Origin: a bacterium
GTDB taxonomy: Bacteria; UBA8248
Direction of reading: 5' to 3'
Assembly (NCBI GenBank): GCA_965221165.1
Contig: CBDCRP010000003.1
Coordinates: forward strand, 896,001 to 960,000
Length of the DNA: 64,000 nt
The notes below the pieces were generated by a model. That model saw only the letters and a program-made list of their open reading frames with translations, searched no databases and was not told the origin of the DNA. This document shows, piece by piece, positions 41,519-51,399 of this stretch. Position 1 is the first letter of the stretch; each line of letters starts with the position of its first letter. Both the position numbers and the translations under genes were made by a program.

Positions 41519-42379
41519 ATGCGAGCGAGCGGAAGGATAAAAATCTTTTTCATGACGGCGGCCCTCTTGTTGGCGCCGGCTCCTGCGGGGCCGGGAGAGC
41601 CTGCGCATGCGGCTCGAAAGCCAGAGCGCCTGATCGCCATGACGCTCGCCACGGCGGAGATGCTCCTCGCCCTGGCGCCTCGGGAAAAAATCGTCGGACT
41701 TCACAAGCTGGCCGGAAACGCAGGCTATTCGAACATCGCGGATGAGGTTCGGGATATTCCGCTCATCGGCAGCGTGCCCGAGCGAATCATCTCCTTGAGG
41801 CCCGATATGGTGTTCGTCGCCTCGTATTCGAGCGCGGAATTCCTGAACCACCTTCGCGCAGCCGAGGTGCCCGTCTCGAAATTCTCTTCTTTCAGCAGCG
41901 TGGAGGATGTTTTTGCGAACATCGAGAAGATGGGACGCCTGATCGGAGAACAAGCGAAGGCGCGAAGACTCATACGGGACGCGCGAGAGAAAATTCGCGC
42001 CATCCGCGCGCGCATCCCCAAAAACGCAAAACCACCCCGCATTTTGACTCTCGTGCGGGGCGGCTGGGCGACCGGCAGCGGCACCTCGCACGACGCGCTT
42101 ATCCGCCTGGCGGGTGGTGAGAACGTGGCCGCCGAACGCGGAATCCGGGGAGCGCGCAGGATATCGGCGGAGAGGGCCATCGCCTGGAATCCCGACGTCA
42201 TCATGGTGGGGGTGAACCCCGAATCGGGAGAAAGCATGAAGGCCGCCATTCGCGCGAACGCGGTCTACGCCCCTTTGAGGAACAAGAAAATCATCGAGAT
42301 CCCCTATCCGCGTTTTTCGAGCGTATCCCAATACATCGTCGGCGGACTCGATGATCTGGTGAGGGAATTGTACCGGTGA
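41519..42379 (+). CDS. btuF: ABC transporter substrate-binding protein, BtuF-like
   Basis: PERLIAM..ATAEML, ERIISLRPDMV, LIRLAGGENV, AWNPDVI. Confidence 0.78.
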   Translation: MRASGRIKIFFMTAALLLAPAPAGPGEPAHAARKPERLIAMTLATAEMLLALAPREKIVGLHKLAGNAGYSNIADEVRDIPLIGSVPERIISLRPDMVFVASYSSAEFLNHLRAAEVPVSKFSSFSSVEDVFANIEKMGRLIGEQAKARRLIRDAREKIRAIRARIPKNAKPPRILTLVRGGWATGSGTSHDALIRLAGGENVAAERGIRGARRISAERAIAWNPDVIMVGVNPESGESMKAAIRANAVYAPLRNKKIIEIPYPRFSSVSQYIVGGLDDLVRELYR

Positions 42380-43410
42380 GAAAATACGCGCCGGCGGCGG
42401 GGATGATCGCCATCGCCTTGCTGGTCGCTTCTCTCAGCGTCCGCCTGGGCGTCACGGACATCACTTCAGCCAAGATTCTCGAGGTCATCCTGAGCGAACT
42501 GGGCCTCCTCTCGCCCGAGGGGGCGGGCGTTTCCGTCCACGAGCGGACCATCATCTGGCACATTCGCGTCCCCCGGACGCTCACGGGCGGTTTCGTCGGG
42601 GCGTCGTTGGCACTTTCGGGCGTGATGCTCCAGGGCCTTTTCAGAAACCCGATGGCGAGCCCCGTCGTGGTCGGCATCAGCACGGGCGGCGCGCTGGGCG
42701 CTACGAGCGCCATCGCCTTGGGCCTGGGGGCCGTCTCGATCTGGTCGGTTCCCCTGGCCGCCTTCGGCGGCGCGCTCTTGAGCGTGTTTCTCGTCTCCCT
42801 CGTGGCCTCCCACAAGGGACACACGCCGCTGGGCGCGCTCATTCTTTGCGGGATGGCGATGAATTCCATCGCGGGCGCGCTGACGACGCTCGTGCTGAGC
42901 TACAGCGTGAGCGACTTCGAGATCGCCCGCCAGATTCTCTTCTGGCTCATGGGGAGTCTGACGAACCGGACGTGGGAGCACGCCTTTCTCATCACGCCCT
43001 TTTTCGCCGCCTCGGCCCTCGCCGCCACCTTCTTCGGGCGCGAACTGAATCTCATGATGTCGGGAGAAGAATCCGCCATGGCGCTGGGCGTGGACACGGC
43101 GCGGGCGAAGGCGTGGATTCTCGTCATCGCCGCAGCGGCGGCCGGGGCGTCCGTCGCCGTATCGGGCGTGGTCGGCTTCGTGGGCCTGCTCGTCCCCCAC
43201 ATCGTGCGGATGCTCGTCGGGCCGGACCACCGCAGGCTTTTGCCGCTCAGCATGATGGCGGGCGCGGTATTCGTGATGGGGATGGATTTGCTGGCGCGAA
43301 CGATCTCGCCCGCCGGGGAGATACGCCTGGGCGTGCTCTCATCGAGCATCGGCGGGCCGTTTTTTCTCTATCTGATCGTCAAGAATCGCGCGCGCGCGGA
43401 GATGTTCTGA
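42376..43410 (+). CDS. btuC: FecCD/BtuC family ABC permease
   Basis: IRVPR, LQGLFRNPMASP, FWLMGSL, GEESAMALGV, GFVGLLVPH, GGPFFLYL. Confidence 0.85.
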   Translation: MRKYAPAAGMIAIALLVASLSVRLGVTDITSAKILEVILSELGLLSPEGAGVSVHERTIIWHIRVPRTLTGGFVGASLALSGVMLQGLFRNPMASPVVVGISTGGALGATSAIALGLGAVSIWSVPLAAFGGALLSVFLVSLVASHKGHTPLGALILCGMAMNSIAGALTTLVLSYSVSDFEIARQILFWLMGSLTNRTWEHAFLITPFFAASALAATFFGRELNLMMSGEESAMALGVDTARAKAWILVIAAAAAGASVAVSGVVGFVGLLVPHIVRMLVGPDHRRLLPLSMMAGAVFVMGMDLLARTISPAGEIRLGVLSSSIGGPFFLYLIVKNRARAEMF

Positions 43411-44226
43411 TGATGTTGAACATGCAAAACGCCCGCGTCGAACTCGGCGAACGGGACGTGCTCAAAAACGTGTCGGCCGATTTTCATCCGGGCGCGCTCA
43501 CGGGCGTCATCGGCCCGAACGGGGCCGGGAAGACGACGCTCCTGCGCGCCCTTGCGGGCATTCTGCCGATAAAGGCGGGGCAAATTTCGCTGGACGGCGA
43601 ACCCATCGAAGCGTTCACCAGAAAGGAGACGGCCCGCCGCGTGGGCTATCTCGCCCAGAGACAGGAACCGGCGTTTCCCTTCCCGCGTCGAGGAGACCGT
43701 GATGATGGGGAGATACCCCTATCTGGGCAGGCTCGCGCCCGAAACCGATGCGGATCGCGAGGCGGTGGATGCGGCCCTGCGCGACGTGGACGCCGCCGGC
43801 CTCGCGAGCCGCACGCTCAACGAACTCTCGGGCGGAGAGTTGCAGCGCGTCCTGATCGCGAGAACCCTCGCCGCGCAAACGCCCATCGTGCTGCTCGATG
43901 AGCCCTTTGCGAATCTCGACGTCAAACACTGCCTCGACATCCTCGCGATCCTGCGCGCACAAGCCCTGGAAGGCCGAACCGTAGTCGTCTCGGTGCACGA
44001 CCTGAACCTCGCGCACCACTACTGCAATGAACTGCTTTTGCTGTATGAAGGAGAAATCCTGGCCCAAGGAAACGCAAGCAGCGTCCTGACGCCCCGGCTC
44101 ATCGAAAAGGCGTTTCACGTACGCGCCCAGATTCTCACGATGAACGGCGAGGAGGAGCGATATTTCATCATGCGAGCCACGAAAGAAGAACGCCCGCGCG
44201 CGGAGGGGAGAGAGCGAAAGCCGTGA
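43410..44226 (+). CDS. btuD: ABC ATP-binding protein, BtuD/FecE-like; apparent +1 frameshift at ~43683
   Basis: GPNGAGKTT in one frame; LSGGELQR, LLDEP, VHDLNLA in the next; junction TTC CCG CGT CGA has one extra C relative to F-R-V-E-E-T-V-M-M-G-R-Y-P. Confidence 0.82.
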
Positions 44227-44681
44227 AGAAAATCTCTTGCGCGAAATTTCTTGTCCGGGTCCTGGTCTTTGCGCTCACTACGCCCGCACCGCTTCTCGCC
44301 CAGGAGATAGAAACCTCCGTGGACGCGCCATCCGTGAAGACGAGTCGTCCCGCATCGTCCGAGGCGCCCTCTTTCACTTTCAGGAAAAGACGTGTGCGGG
44401 TGGATGCGAACGCGCAGGTCGCGGCCATCATCGAGCGTATCAAGCGTCACCAGCACTACCCGGACATCGCGCGCGAATCAGGGGCCGAGGGCGCATCCAC
44501 CGTGAGTTTTCAGATTCTGCCGAACGGGCGGCTGCGTGACCTCAGAATCAAGAAAACCTCGGGCAACGCCTTTTTAGACGGCGCCACGCTCGAGGCGGTG
44601 CGAAAAGCGGCTCCCCTGCCCTATCTGGATAAGACACTCGTGCTGACCATACGCTATACTCTTCTACGAACGACCGATTAG
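44223..44681 (+). CDS. tonB: Energy transducer TonB (short, C-terminal domain)
   Basis: YPDIARESGAEG.STVSFQI..NG, KTSGNAFLDGATLEAVRKAAPLP. Confidence 0.75.
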   Translation: MKKISCAKFLVRVLVFALTTPAPLLAQEIETSVDAPSVKTSRPASSEAPSFTFRKRRVRVDANAQVAAIIERIKRHQHYPDIARESGAEGASTVSFQILPNGRLRDLRIKKTSGNAFLDGATLEAVRKAAPLPYLDKTLVLTIRYTLLRTTD

Positions 44682-44743
44682 CCTGAATCACGCCGCCCAG
44701 GTCCCGCCCATGTGAGCGGCGACCTCCGCAAACGGGGACTCGC

Positions 44744-45319
44744 ATGAAGGCGAAAGCGCAATACCGGGAAGAAACGGGTGCGGACGGGAGCCTGCATTCC
44801 ATCTGGGAATTCAAGCCCGAGCGTGAACTCCTGGAAACCCTCTTGCGCGACTTGTTCGAGAACCACCATGAATCGCTCGTCTTCGGCCCCTGCATCCAGG
44901 GAGCCGTGTTCGAGTGCCGCGTGAAATCCCCTCCGCACAGGATCAGCTATCTGGACGGCTACCTGACCGTCGACTTGGGCGAGTGGCATTTTCACGTCTG
45001 CATCGGCGAGCACCGGGGCGACGCGCTACACCCCTGCCCGCCCGAGTTGGCGCGTTGGCGGAAGTGCGCGCGGGGGATGCTCCAGCGGGCCTACCAGAAT
45101 CCCCCCATCGCGGGCCACGCCCCGGTGAGCTATTCGCTGGTGCTGCTGAACGGGCGCGATGAGCAGATGATGACCTTCTTTCTCCCCAATCCTTTTTTCG
45201 ACACGGAATACCGGGTTCTCGAAACGGCCGACTGGGCGAAACTCGCCCTGTGGAATCACATACGTACCGTATATCTGGGGCTGGGGGAGGACGCAGGCCC
45301 TTTCGCGGAGCTTAGGTAA
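44744..45319 (+). CDS. Conserved hypothetical protein (His/Cys-rich)
   Basis: FGPCIQGAVFE, DGYLTVDLGEWHFHVCIGEH, MMTFFLPNPF; coding-like, same strand as the btu operon. Confidence 0.7.
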   Translation: MKAKAQYREETGADGSLHSIWEFKPERELLETLLRDLFENHHESLVFGPCIQGAVFECRVKSPPHRISYLDGYLTVDLGEWHFHVCIGEHRGDALHPCPPELARWRKCARGMLQRAYQNPPIAGHAPVSYSLVLLNGRDEQMMTFFLPNPFFDTEYRVLETADWAKLALWNHIRTVYLGLGEDAGPFAELR

Positions 45320-45349
45320 GAGAGAAATTCGACAACCAAGGAGCACGCG

Positions 45350-46279
45350 GTGAAAGCCATTCTGATGCACGGCTACGGCGGCCCGGAAGTGCTCGAATAC
45401 GCAGATACTCGCGACCCCGTGCCGGGGCCGGGGGAAATCGTGATCGACATCCATGCGGTGAGCGTGAACCCCGCCGACTGGAAGGTGCGCGAAGGACTCC
45501 GCAAAAAGGACGTACAGGCCCGCTTCCCCCACATCCTGGGGAGGGATTTCTCGGGCGTCGTCCGCGAAGCGGGGGCCAGCGTCTCGGATTTTCAGCCCGG
45601 AGACCCCGTATTCGCCATCAACGAACAGGGTTGCGAGGGGGGCTACGCCGAAGCCATCGCCCTGCCCGCGGCCCTCGCGGCCCCGAAACCGGATTTCCTC
45701 TCACACGTGCAAGCCGCTGCGCTCGCCATCACGGGATTGACGGCCCTGACCGCCCTCGAAGACTGCGCGAAACTCAAGGCCGGTGAAACCATCCTCATTC
45801 ACGCGGGCGCGGGAGGGGTGGGCGGCTTCGCCGTCCAGTACGCGAAACACGTCGGCGCGACGGTCTACACCACGGCGAGTGCGGCCAACCACGCCTACGT
45901 CAAGGAAATGGGGGCGGATTTCGCCATCGACTATAAAAAAGAAGATTTCGCCGAAACAGTCCCCCCTTGCGACGTGGTTTTCGACACCATCGGAGGCGAA
46001 GTGCAGGCGCGCAGCTTCGCGGTCTTGAAACCGGGGGGACGGCTGGTGCACATCGTGGCGAGTCCGCAGGGCTTCGAGCCGCCGAGGGAGGACGTATCCA
46101 TCATCCGCCCGGACGTGCGAAGAGATCGCGCGCATTTGGGGAGAATCATCGAACTCGCCGCATCGGGAGCGGTTCGCCCGCCCGAGATACTGGAGATGCC
46201 GCTCCAAGAAGCGGCGGCGGCGCATGAACTCTGCAAAACGGGGCACGTGCGCGGAAAAATTATCCTGAGGGTGCGGTAG
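45350..46279 (+). CDS. NADP-dependent oxidoreductase (MDR/zinc-independent quinone reductase family)
   Basis: YGGPEVL, SVNPADWK, ILGRDFSG, HAGAGGVG, GHVRGKIIL. Confidence 0.9.
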   Translation: MKAILMHGYGGPEVLEYADTRDPVPGPGEIVIDIHAVSVNPADWKVREGLRKKDVQARFPHILGRDFSGVVREAGASVSDFQPGDPVFAINEQGCEGGYAEAIALPAALAAPKPDFLSHVQAAALAITGLTALTALEDCAKLKAGETILIHAGAGGVGGFAVQYAKHVGATVYTTASAANHAYVKEMGADFAIDYKKEDFAETVPPCDVVFDTIGGEVQARSFAVLKPGGRLVHIVASPQGFEPPREDVSIIRPDVRRDRAHLGRIIELAASGAVRPPEILEMPLQEAAAAHELCKTGHVRGKIILRVR

Positions 46280-46297
46280 GGAGAGTGTAAGGCTCGC

Positions 46298-48004
46298 CTA
46301 CAAAGACTCCGCAAGCGCGATCGCGGCGTCGAGACCCGTGATGACGCGGTTTTTCTCGCGCAGGATGCGCGTGTAGATGACTCTCCCCGCATCGCTATCA
46401 GGGCCTTTTTCGGCGTAATTCCCGATACACTGAAGACCGGGCATCCTGAACGCGCCGCTTGCCGGGTCGTGATCGAACGGCCCCGCCAGCGTGTAGAGAA
46501 CGGGATTCACCGCGTGGCTCATCTTGAGAACAAGGCGGTTGCCCTCGGCGGAATCCACGCTTTCCAGCTTCGCGCGCAACGCCTCGCATGCGCGGGCAAA
46601 GCGCACGCCCGCCTCGCGTAAATCGTATAAATCCACCGCTCCTCCTCCCGAATCCGCGAGCCTGGCTATCTCCTCGTTCACGACGGCTGCCGTCGTAGCG
46701 GGGTTCAGGGGCACCCGCTCAAGACTACAAAGCTCGTGCAGCGCCCCCGCGTAGAGGCGGCAATGCTCGGCGAGCAAGTCCTTATCCATCTTGTCGAGCG
46801 TGTCGGCGGGATGGTGCCAGTATTCGGGAAAGCCGCTATCGGGGTGATCTTTTTGTAAGTCGGGATGCCCGGGCGGCAGCACGGGCAGGAAGGAGAACGA
46901 GGGAACGCCCACCCCCCAGAGGGACTGGTCGGCCATCTTGCGGGGATGATCAGGACTCGTGCGCTGGCCGCCCAGACGCTCCACGACGCCGCGCACCCAG
47001 TCGCGTACCTCCGCCGTGCAGAACGGACGATAGAGCGTCGCCCCCCGGCAGCCGGGCTGATCGATGTTCAGATAGGCGACGCAGTTTTTCCTGAGTTCAT
47101 GAAACATGTGGTCCGCATACCAGGTGGAGCCCGAAAACCGCCCGTGCGAGTGCCCGTTCCACCAGGCCACCTTGAGACCGCGCCTGAGCTCTCCCCGCAT
47201 CTGGTGCGCTATGCGCGCCAGTTCCATGAGCGTGGCGTCGCCCGCCGCGTTGTCGTTCGCGCCGATGTGCCATGAATCGACGTGCCCGCCCACGAGGGCG
47301 TATTCCCGGGCTCCGTTTTCAGGCGCGATGCTCGCCACGGGCATGAGGGTCTCGCGCCAGGCGGTGTCCGTCTTGGCATGAACGAGGAGTTCCACCTCTT
47401 CTCTTGATCGCAGGCGCTCGAGGAGGCCCGCCCCCTGTTCTCGAGATAAGGTGAGGACGGGCGTTTTCGGCAGCCGCGCGATGCTCTCGGGCGTAGGCGC
47501 GCCCCAGATGGTGGAGACCGTCATCTCGTGCGCATAGCCCTTGTTCACGTACACCTGGGCGATGGCGCCTCTTCGCTCGAAGAAATAAAACCGCGCGGGA
47601 CTCACCATGCCCTCGGCCACGACTACCCGCCCGGCCACGGGGGGCGCGCTCGATTCATTCCCGTAAAAAGGAGAGCCGAACGGCGTATCGGGCGCTCCCG
47701 CCTCCCCGACGTAGACGGCATCCCCGATCACGCCAGCCTCGCCTGTGGATGCGCCGAAAACGGCGGTGATGGCGGGAATCCGCTCCCCCCCTTCTCCCAG
47801 GATATGGAGCGCCGCCTTACCGGGTATGCTGATCAGGGATTCGAACGCATGGACTTCGACGTCAATGCCCAAGCTCGATAATTCCGCCTCGATGTAGCGC
47901 ACCGCCTCGTTCTCGCCCCCGGTTCCGGTGTATCGCTCCCACCGGCAGATGCCTTCGAGGTTTCTCCACAAGGAATCCGCGTCCACTTTTTCCTGAACGG
48001 CCAT
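46298..48004 (-). CDS. M28 family metallopeptidase with PA-like insert
   Basis: R.TGT.GE, GGHVDSW, GANDNAAG, YLNIDQPG, YWHHPADT.DK. Confidence 0.82.
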   Translation of the reverse strand: MAVQEKVDADSLWRNLEGICRWERYTGTGGENEAVRYIEAELSSLGIDVEVHAFESLISIPGKAALHILGEGGERIPAITAVFGASTGEAGVIGDAVYVGEAGAPDTPFGSPFYGNESSAPPVAGRVVVAEGMVSPARFYFFERRGAIAQVYVNKGYAHEMTVSTIWGAPTPESIARLPKTPVLTLSREQGAGLLERLRSREEVELLVHAKTDTAWRETLMPVASIAPENGAREYALVGGHVDSWHIGANDNAAGDATLMELARIAHQMRGELRRGLKVAWWNGHSHGRFSGSTWYADHMFHELRKNCVAYLNIDQPGCRGATLYRPFCTAEVRDWVRGVVERLGGQRTSPDHPRKMADQSLWGVGVPSFSFLPVLPPGHPDLQKDHPDSGFPEYWHHPADTLDKMDKDLLAEHCRLYAGALHELCSLERVPLNPATTAAVVNEEIARLADSGGGAVDLYDLREAGVRFARACEALRAKLESVDSAEGNRLVLKMSHAVNPVLYTLAGPFDHDPASGAFRMPGLQCIGNYAEKGPDSDAGRVIYTRILREKNRVITGLDAAIALAESL

Positions 48005-48153
48005 GTCGTCTCCCGAGATATATATAAGAGGTAGCGTCCGCCCATTCTAGTACATCGGCCCGGAGAAAGCCCAAGCGCGCGCGTTGTGGAAAACGCCGCT
48101 TCGGGGGAGAATCAACGATACGGCCATGCGTCCATGCGGGGGTAGCGACAATC

Positions 48154-48543
48154 ATGTGGGGAAAAATATCCCGTCCATTTTTTCTGGCGCTGGGCTGCGT
48201 TTCTCTGGGCTTAGGCGTCATCGGCCTGCTGCTGCCCGTCCTGCCCACGACGCCCTTCATCCTGCTGGCGGCGTTCGCGTTCTCCAAAAGCTCGGAAAAA
48301 CTCCACGGGTGGCTTTTGAACCACAGGCTCTACGGGCCGCTCATCACGAACTGGCAGCGCCACGGCGTCATCCGCCCCCGGGCCAAGTGGACCTCGGTCT
48401 CGCTCATCGTCATCCTCGCGGGGCCTTCGATTTATCTCGTAAGCGCGCCGGTGTACGCGAAAGTCCTGCTGGCGGCGATATGCGCGTGCGTGGTGTGCTT
48501 CATCATCACGCGGCCGGGCGTCATCCCGGACAAGAGCGATTGA
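48154..48543 (+). CDS. YbaN (DUF454) family membrane protein
   Basis: LGVIGLLLPVLPTTPFILLAAFAFSKSS...WLLNH..YGP.I..W. Confidence 0.9.
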   Translation: MWGKISRPFFLALGCVSLGLGVIGLLLPVLPTTPFILLAAFAFSKSSEKLHGWLLNHRLYGPLITNWQRHGVIRPRAKWTSVSLIVILAGPSIYLVSAPVYAKVLLAAICACVVCFIITRPGVIPDKSD

Positions 48544-48910
48544 GGTCAGACCCGGCCGGGGAGGGAGGGTTTGCCGGAATGACGAACCAAAATCCGGCCG
48601 GGGCGGAAGGGCGCGAACATCTTTACGACCCACTGTTGGGGCGGTCCCTCCCTCTCCGGTCGGAACCGACTCCTCGGGACCGCCCCACCATTCGCGAACC
48701 GCCCTCGCCGGAGGAGAAGCGGGCGCTTCACGAAGTGCCCCTACGAAATCTTCGCCTCTTTATCTGAATGCCGACGGAGAGGGCCGCATATATGCGGCCC
48801 CTACACCGATACCGCCGTGTCTTTGTAGGTCGGACATATATGTCCGCCACGCATATATGCGTCCCGCACGGACGAGGAAAACATCGACAAGGAATGACGA
48901 ACCAAAACCT
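48544..48910. repeat. REP-like palindromic repeat cluster
   Basis: GGGCCGCATATATGCGGCCCCTAC, GTAGGTCGGACATATATGTCCG, GGGCGCTTCACGAAGTGCCCCTAC, GGAATGACGAACCAAAA twice. Confidence 0.78.
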
Positions 48911-48970
48911 GAGCAGGAAACGATAAATTCACCTGCCCAATTCACCGCCACTGTATACAAGGAGAACCCC

Positions 48971-49357
48971 ATGAACGAGGAGCGATACGAACGCGGTCTC
49001 ACGATAAGAAAATCACTCGGTATCTACGGCGAGGACGGCCTCGCGGGCACGTTCACCGAGATGGGCGAGCTTGCGCCGACGCACACCCGCGCCATCGTGG
49101 AGTACTGCTTCGGCACCTGCTGGAGCCAGCCCCTGCTCGACAACAAGACGCGCGAGATGCTCATCGTCGCGGCGGCGGCGGCCCAGGATTTATCCGGCGA
49201 GGTGGAGATTCACTCGCGCGGCGTGCTGAACCAGGGGCTCGCGCCTGAAGAGTTGATAGAGGCCATCGTTTCCCTCACCCCCTACATCGGCTTCCCGAAA
49301 ACGAACCACGCCCTCGCGGCGGCGAAAAACGCCATCGAGAAAAAGGCGGCGGGGTGA
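48971..49357 (+). CDS. Carboxymuconolactone decarboxylase (PcaC-like) family protein
   Basis: RYERGL, FGTCWSQPLLDNKTREM, H.RG.LN.G, PYIGFP; GGAG RBS. Confidence 0.85.
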   Translation: MNEERYERGLTIRKSLGIYGEDGLAGTFTEMGELAPTHTRAIVEYCFGTCWSQPLLDNKTREMLIVAAAAAQDLSGEVEIHSRGVLNQGLAPEELIEAIVSLTPYIGFPKTNHALAAAKNAIEKKAAG

Positions 49358-49369
49358 GGTGAAAACGCG

Positions 49370-50260
49370 GCCGAGGAGGGAGGGTTTTGCCGACCGATGA
49401 AGGAGGGTTTGCCGAAATGACGGTTATCGGGTAGGGACCGTTCGCGAACGGCCCCTACGAGGGTGGAATCCCCTGCAAAGTTCACACCGCAGTCACTCCG
49501 GCGCATGCGGGTGGCAACCGAAAGGTTGGCCAGAACCGAGGAGAGAAGAGATATTACGGCCTTTCATTCTTTTTTCGATGGGGTCGGCATGACGGCGAAA
49601 GGGAAAAGAAAAATTCCTGGGTTCCGCAAACCCTCCCTCATCGGGGTTGTTGAAAAACCCCTCCTCGCTCGGAATTGACCACTGCCGTCATTCCGGCGAA
49701 AGCCGGAATCCATTGCCGAGCGAAATGACAATACTCCGGCTTTTCATCTCCCCGTCATTGGCGGGAATCAATCAGAAAATAAAAAACAAAGGCAAAACAC
49801 ATGGATTCCGGCTTTCGCCGGAATGACGAACAAAGCCGCACCGCCTCGTAGTGACACGGTTCCTCCCTCTTCGGTCGGAATCGACTCCTCGGGGCTGTCA
49901 CACTGCCCCTCCTCGGGGCTGTCCCACAAGTCGCGACCTCGGACAGGCACAGGGCCTGTCCGCTACGGCCCCCCCCCGTCCCTGGTTGGTTCCATTCGCC
50001 GAATCACGAAATCGGGACTTTTCAACAACCCCTTCATCGGTCGGGTTTGACACCGGAATGACGATCAAAACAAAGGCGGGCGGACACGCAGGTGGCAGAC
50101 ATATATGTCTGACCCTACCCCTTCATTCGGAGTGTAGGAGTCGCATACATGCGACCCGCATACCGAACGGGAAGAGCCGCATAGCGAACGGGGAGGACCG
50201 CATATATGCGGCCCCTACAATTCCTGCGACTGCGCCTGCGCGCCGGAATGACGATCCAAA
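49370..50260. repeat. Large mosaic of REP-like palindromes and a MITE-like unit
   Basis: GTCATTCCGGCGAAAGCCGGAATCCA (49688) inverted against TGGATTCCGGCTTTCGCCGGAATGAC (49802); GTAGGGACCGTTCGCGAACGGCCCCTAC; several CATATATG-loop palindromes. Confidence 0.82.
49643..50032. mobile_element. Putative MITE (390 bp) with 14-bp perfect terminal inverted repeats
   Basis: GGGGTTGTTGAAAA (49643-49656) / TTTTCAACAACCCC (50019-50032); flanked by ctcatc / ttcatc; no credible ORF. Confidence 0.5.
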
Positions 50261-50335
50261 ACAAAGCCGGGCGTGATAGGGTGGGGCTACATACACCAAC
50301 GAAAAAATCTACAAACGCCAACCCCGGAGCGCGCC

Positions 50336-51361
50336 ATGAACGAGATGGATGAATTCGAATTTTTTCTGGAAAAACCCTGGTCCGACGGCTTCCCCGTGGT
50401 CACGCCCACCGAGGAGCGCATCGAGCGCATGCTCACGGGAACGAAGAGACCGCCCGATGAGGCGCTCTGCAAAGTCCCGCCGCTCGATGAGGTCGCCACC
50501 GTGCGGAGCGTCGCCGTCCACGCCGTCATGGCGGGGTGCAGACCCGAATACCTACCCGTCGTCATCGCGGCTTTGGAGCTCATCGTGGAAGAGGCGCTCA
50601 ACCTGCGCGGCGTGCAGGCCACCATGCACAGCGTAGCGCCCCTGCTCATCGTGAACGGCCCCTATGGGAAACGCATCGGGGTAACGGGCGGGCAGGGTTG
50701 TTTCGGCCCCGGCTTTCGGGCGAACGCCACCATCGGCCGCGCGGTGAGGCTCCTGCTGCTCAACCTGGGCGGCGGCGTGGCGCGCGTGGCCTGCATGAGC
50801 ATCTACAGCCAGCCGTCTCGCTTCACGTTCTGCATAGCCGAGAATGAGGACGAAGGCCCCTGGGAGTCGCTGGCCGTATCGCGGGGATACGGCCCGGATG
50901 AGGACGTCATCACCGCCGTCATGGTGGAAAACCCCCACATCGTCTTCAACGACGTGGACCGCGACCCCAAGCGCCTCCTCGTCTCCCACATGGACAACAT
51001 GGCGGCGATGGGTTCGTGGCCCATCTGGGTGAGGTCCGACACCGTGCTCATCCTCTCGCCCGAACACGCCCGCCTGTGCGAGCGGGCCGGGTTCTCGCGC
51101 GCGGACGTGCACGCATATGTTTGTGAGAACGCGGGGCGCACCGTGGGGGAACTCAAGCGCGGCGGCCCCTGGAGGGAGGATAAGCCGAACGGGCGGTGGA
51201 CCTATCCGGTGGACAGGGAGGATGATGATTTCTTCATCCGCGTCGTGAACGAACCGGAAGACCTACACCTCATCGTCGCAGGCGGCAACGGGCCGCTCGG
51301 CGCGGTGATGCCCGGCTGGAACGGCGCGAGCCGGGCGGTGCACCGGGCGTATACGCCGTAG
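50336..51361 (+). CDS. Conserved uncharacterised protein (PWSDGFPVVTPT family), paralog B
   Basis: Aligns along its length with 30314..31345 (WSDG.PVVTPT, AVMAGC.PEYLPV, GPGFRANATIGRA, IVAGG). Confidence 0.75.
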   Translation: MNEMDEFEFFLEKPWSDGFPVVTPTEERIERMLTGTKRPPDEALCKVPPLDEVATVRSVAVHAVMAGCRPEYLPVVIAALELIVEEALNLRGVQATMHSVAPLLIVNGPYGKRIGVTGGQGCFGPGFRANATIGRAVRLLLLNLGGGVARVACMSIYSQPSRFTFCIAENEDEGPWESLAVSRGYGPDEDVITAVMVENPHIVFNDVDRDPKRLLVSHMDNMAAMGSWPIWVRSDTVLILSPEHARLCERAGFSRADVHAYVCENAGRTVGELKRGGPWREDKPNGRWTYPVDREDDDFFIRVVNEPEDLHLIVAGGNGPLGAVMPGWNGASRAVHRAYTP

Positions 51362-51399
51362 GGGCAATTCCGACCGAAGAGAGAGGGATTGCTCAGGAA

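Noticed and set aside
48544-50260. CRISPR array
   Set aside because: Repeats are palindromic, heterogeneous, nested and irregularly spaced; there is no constant repeat-spacer period and no cas gene
49463-50321. Short ORFs in the repeat mosaics (e.g. 49768..49950, 49851..50276; also 51263..51595, 52708..53064)
   Set aside because: They are translations of REP/MITE sequence (VIPAKAGIH-type peptides) with no RBS or family motifs
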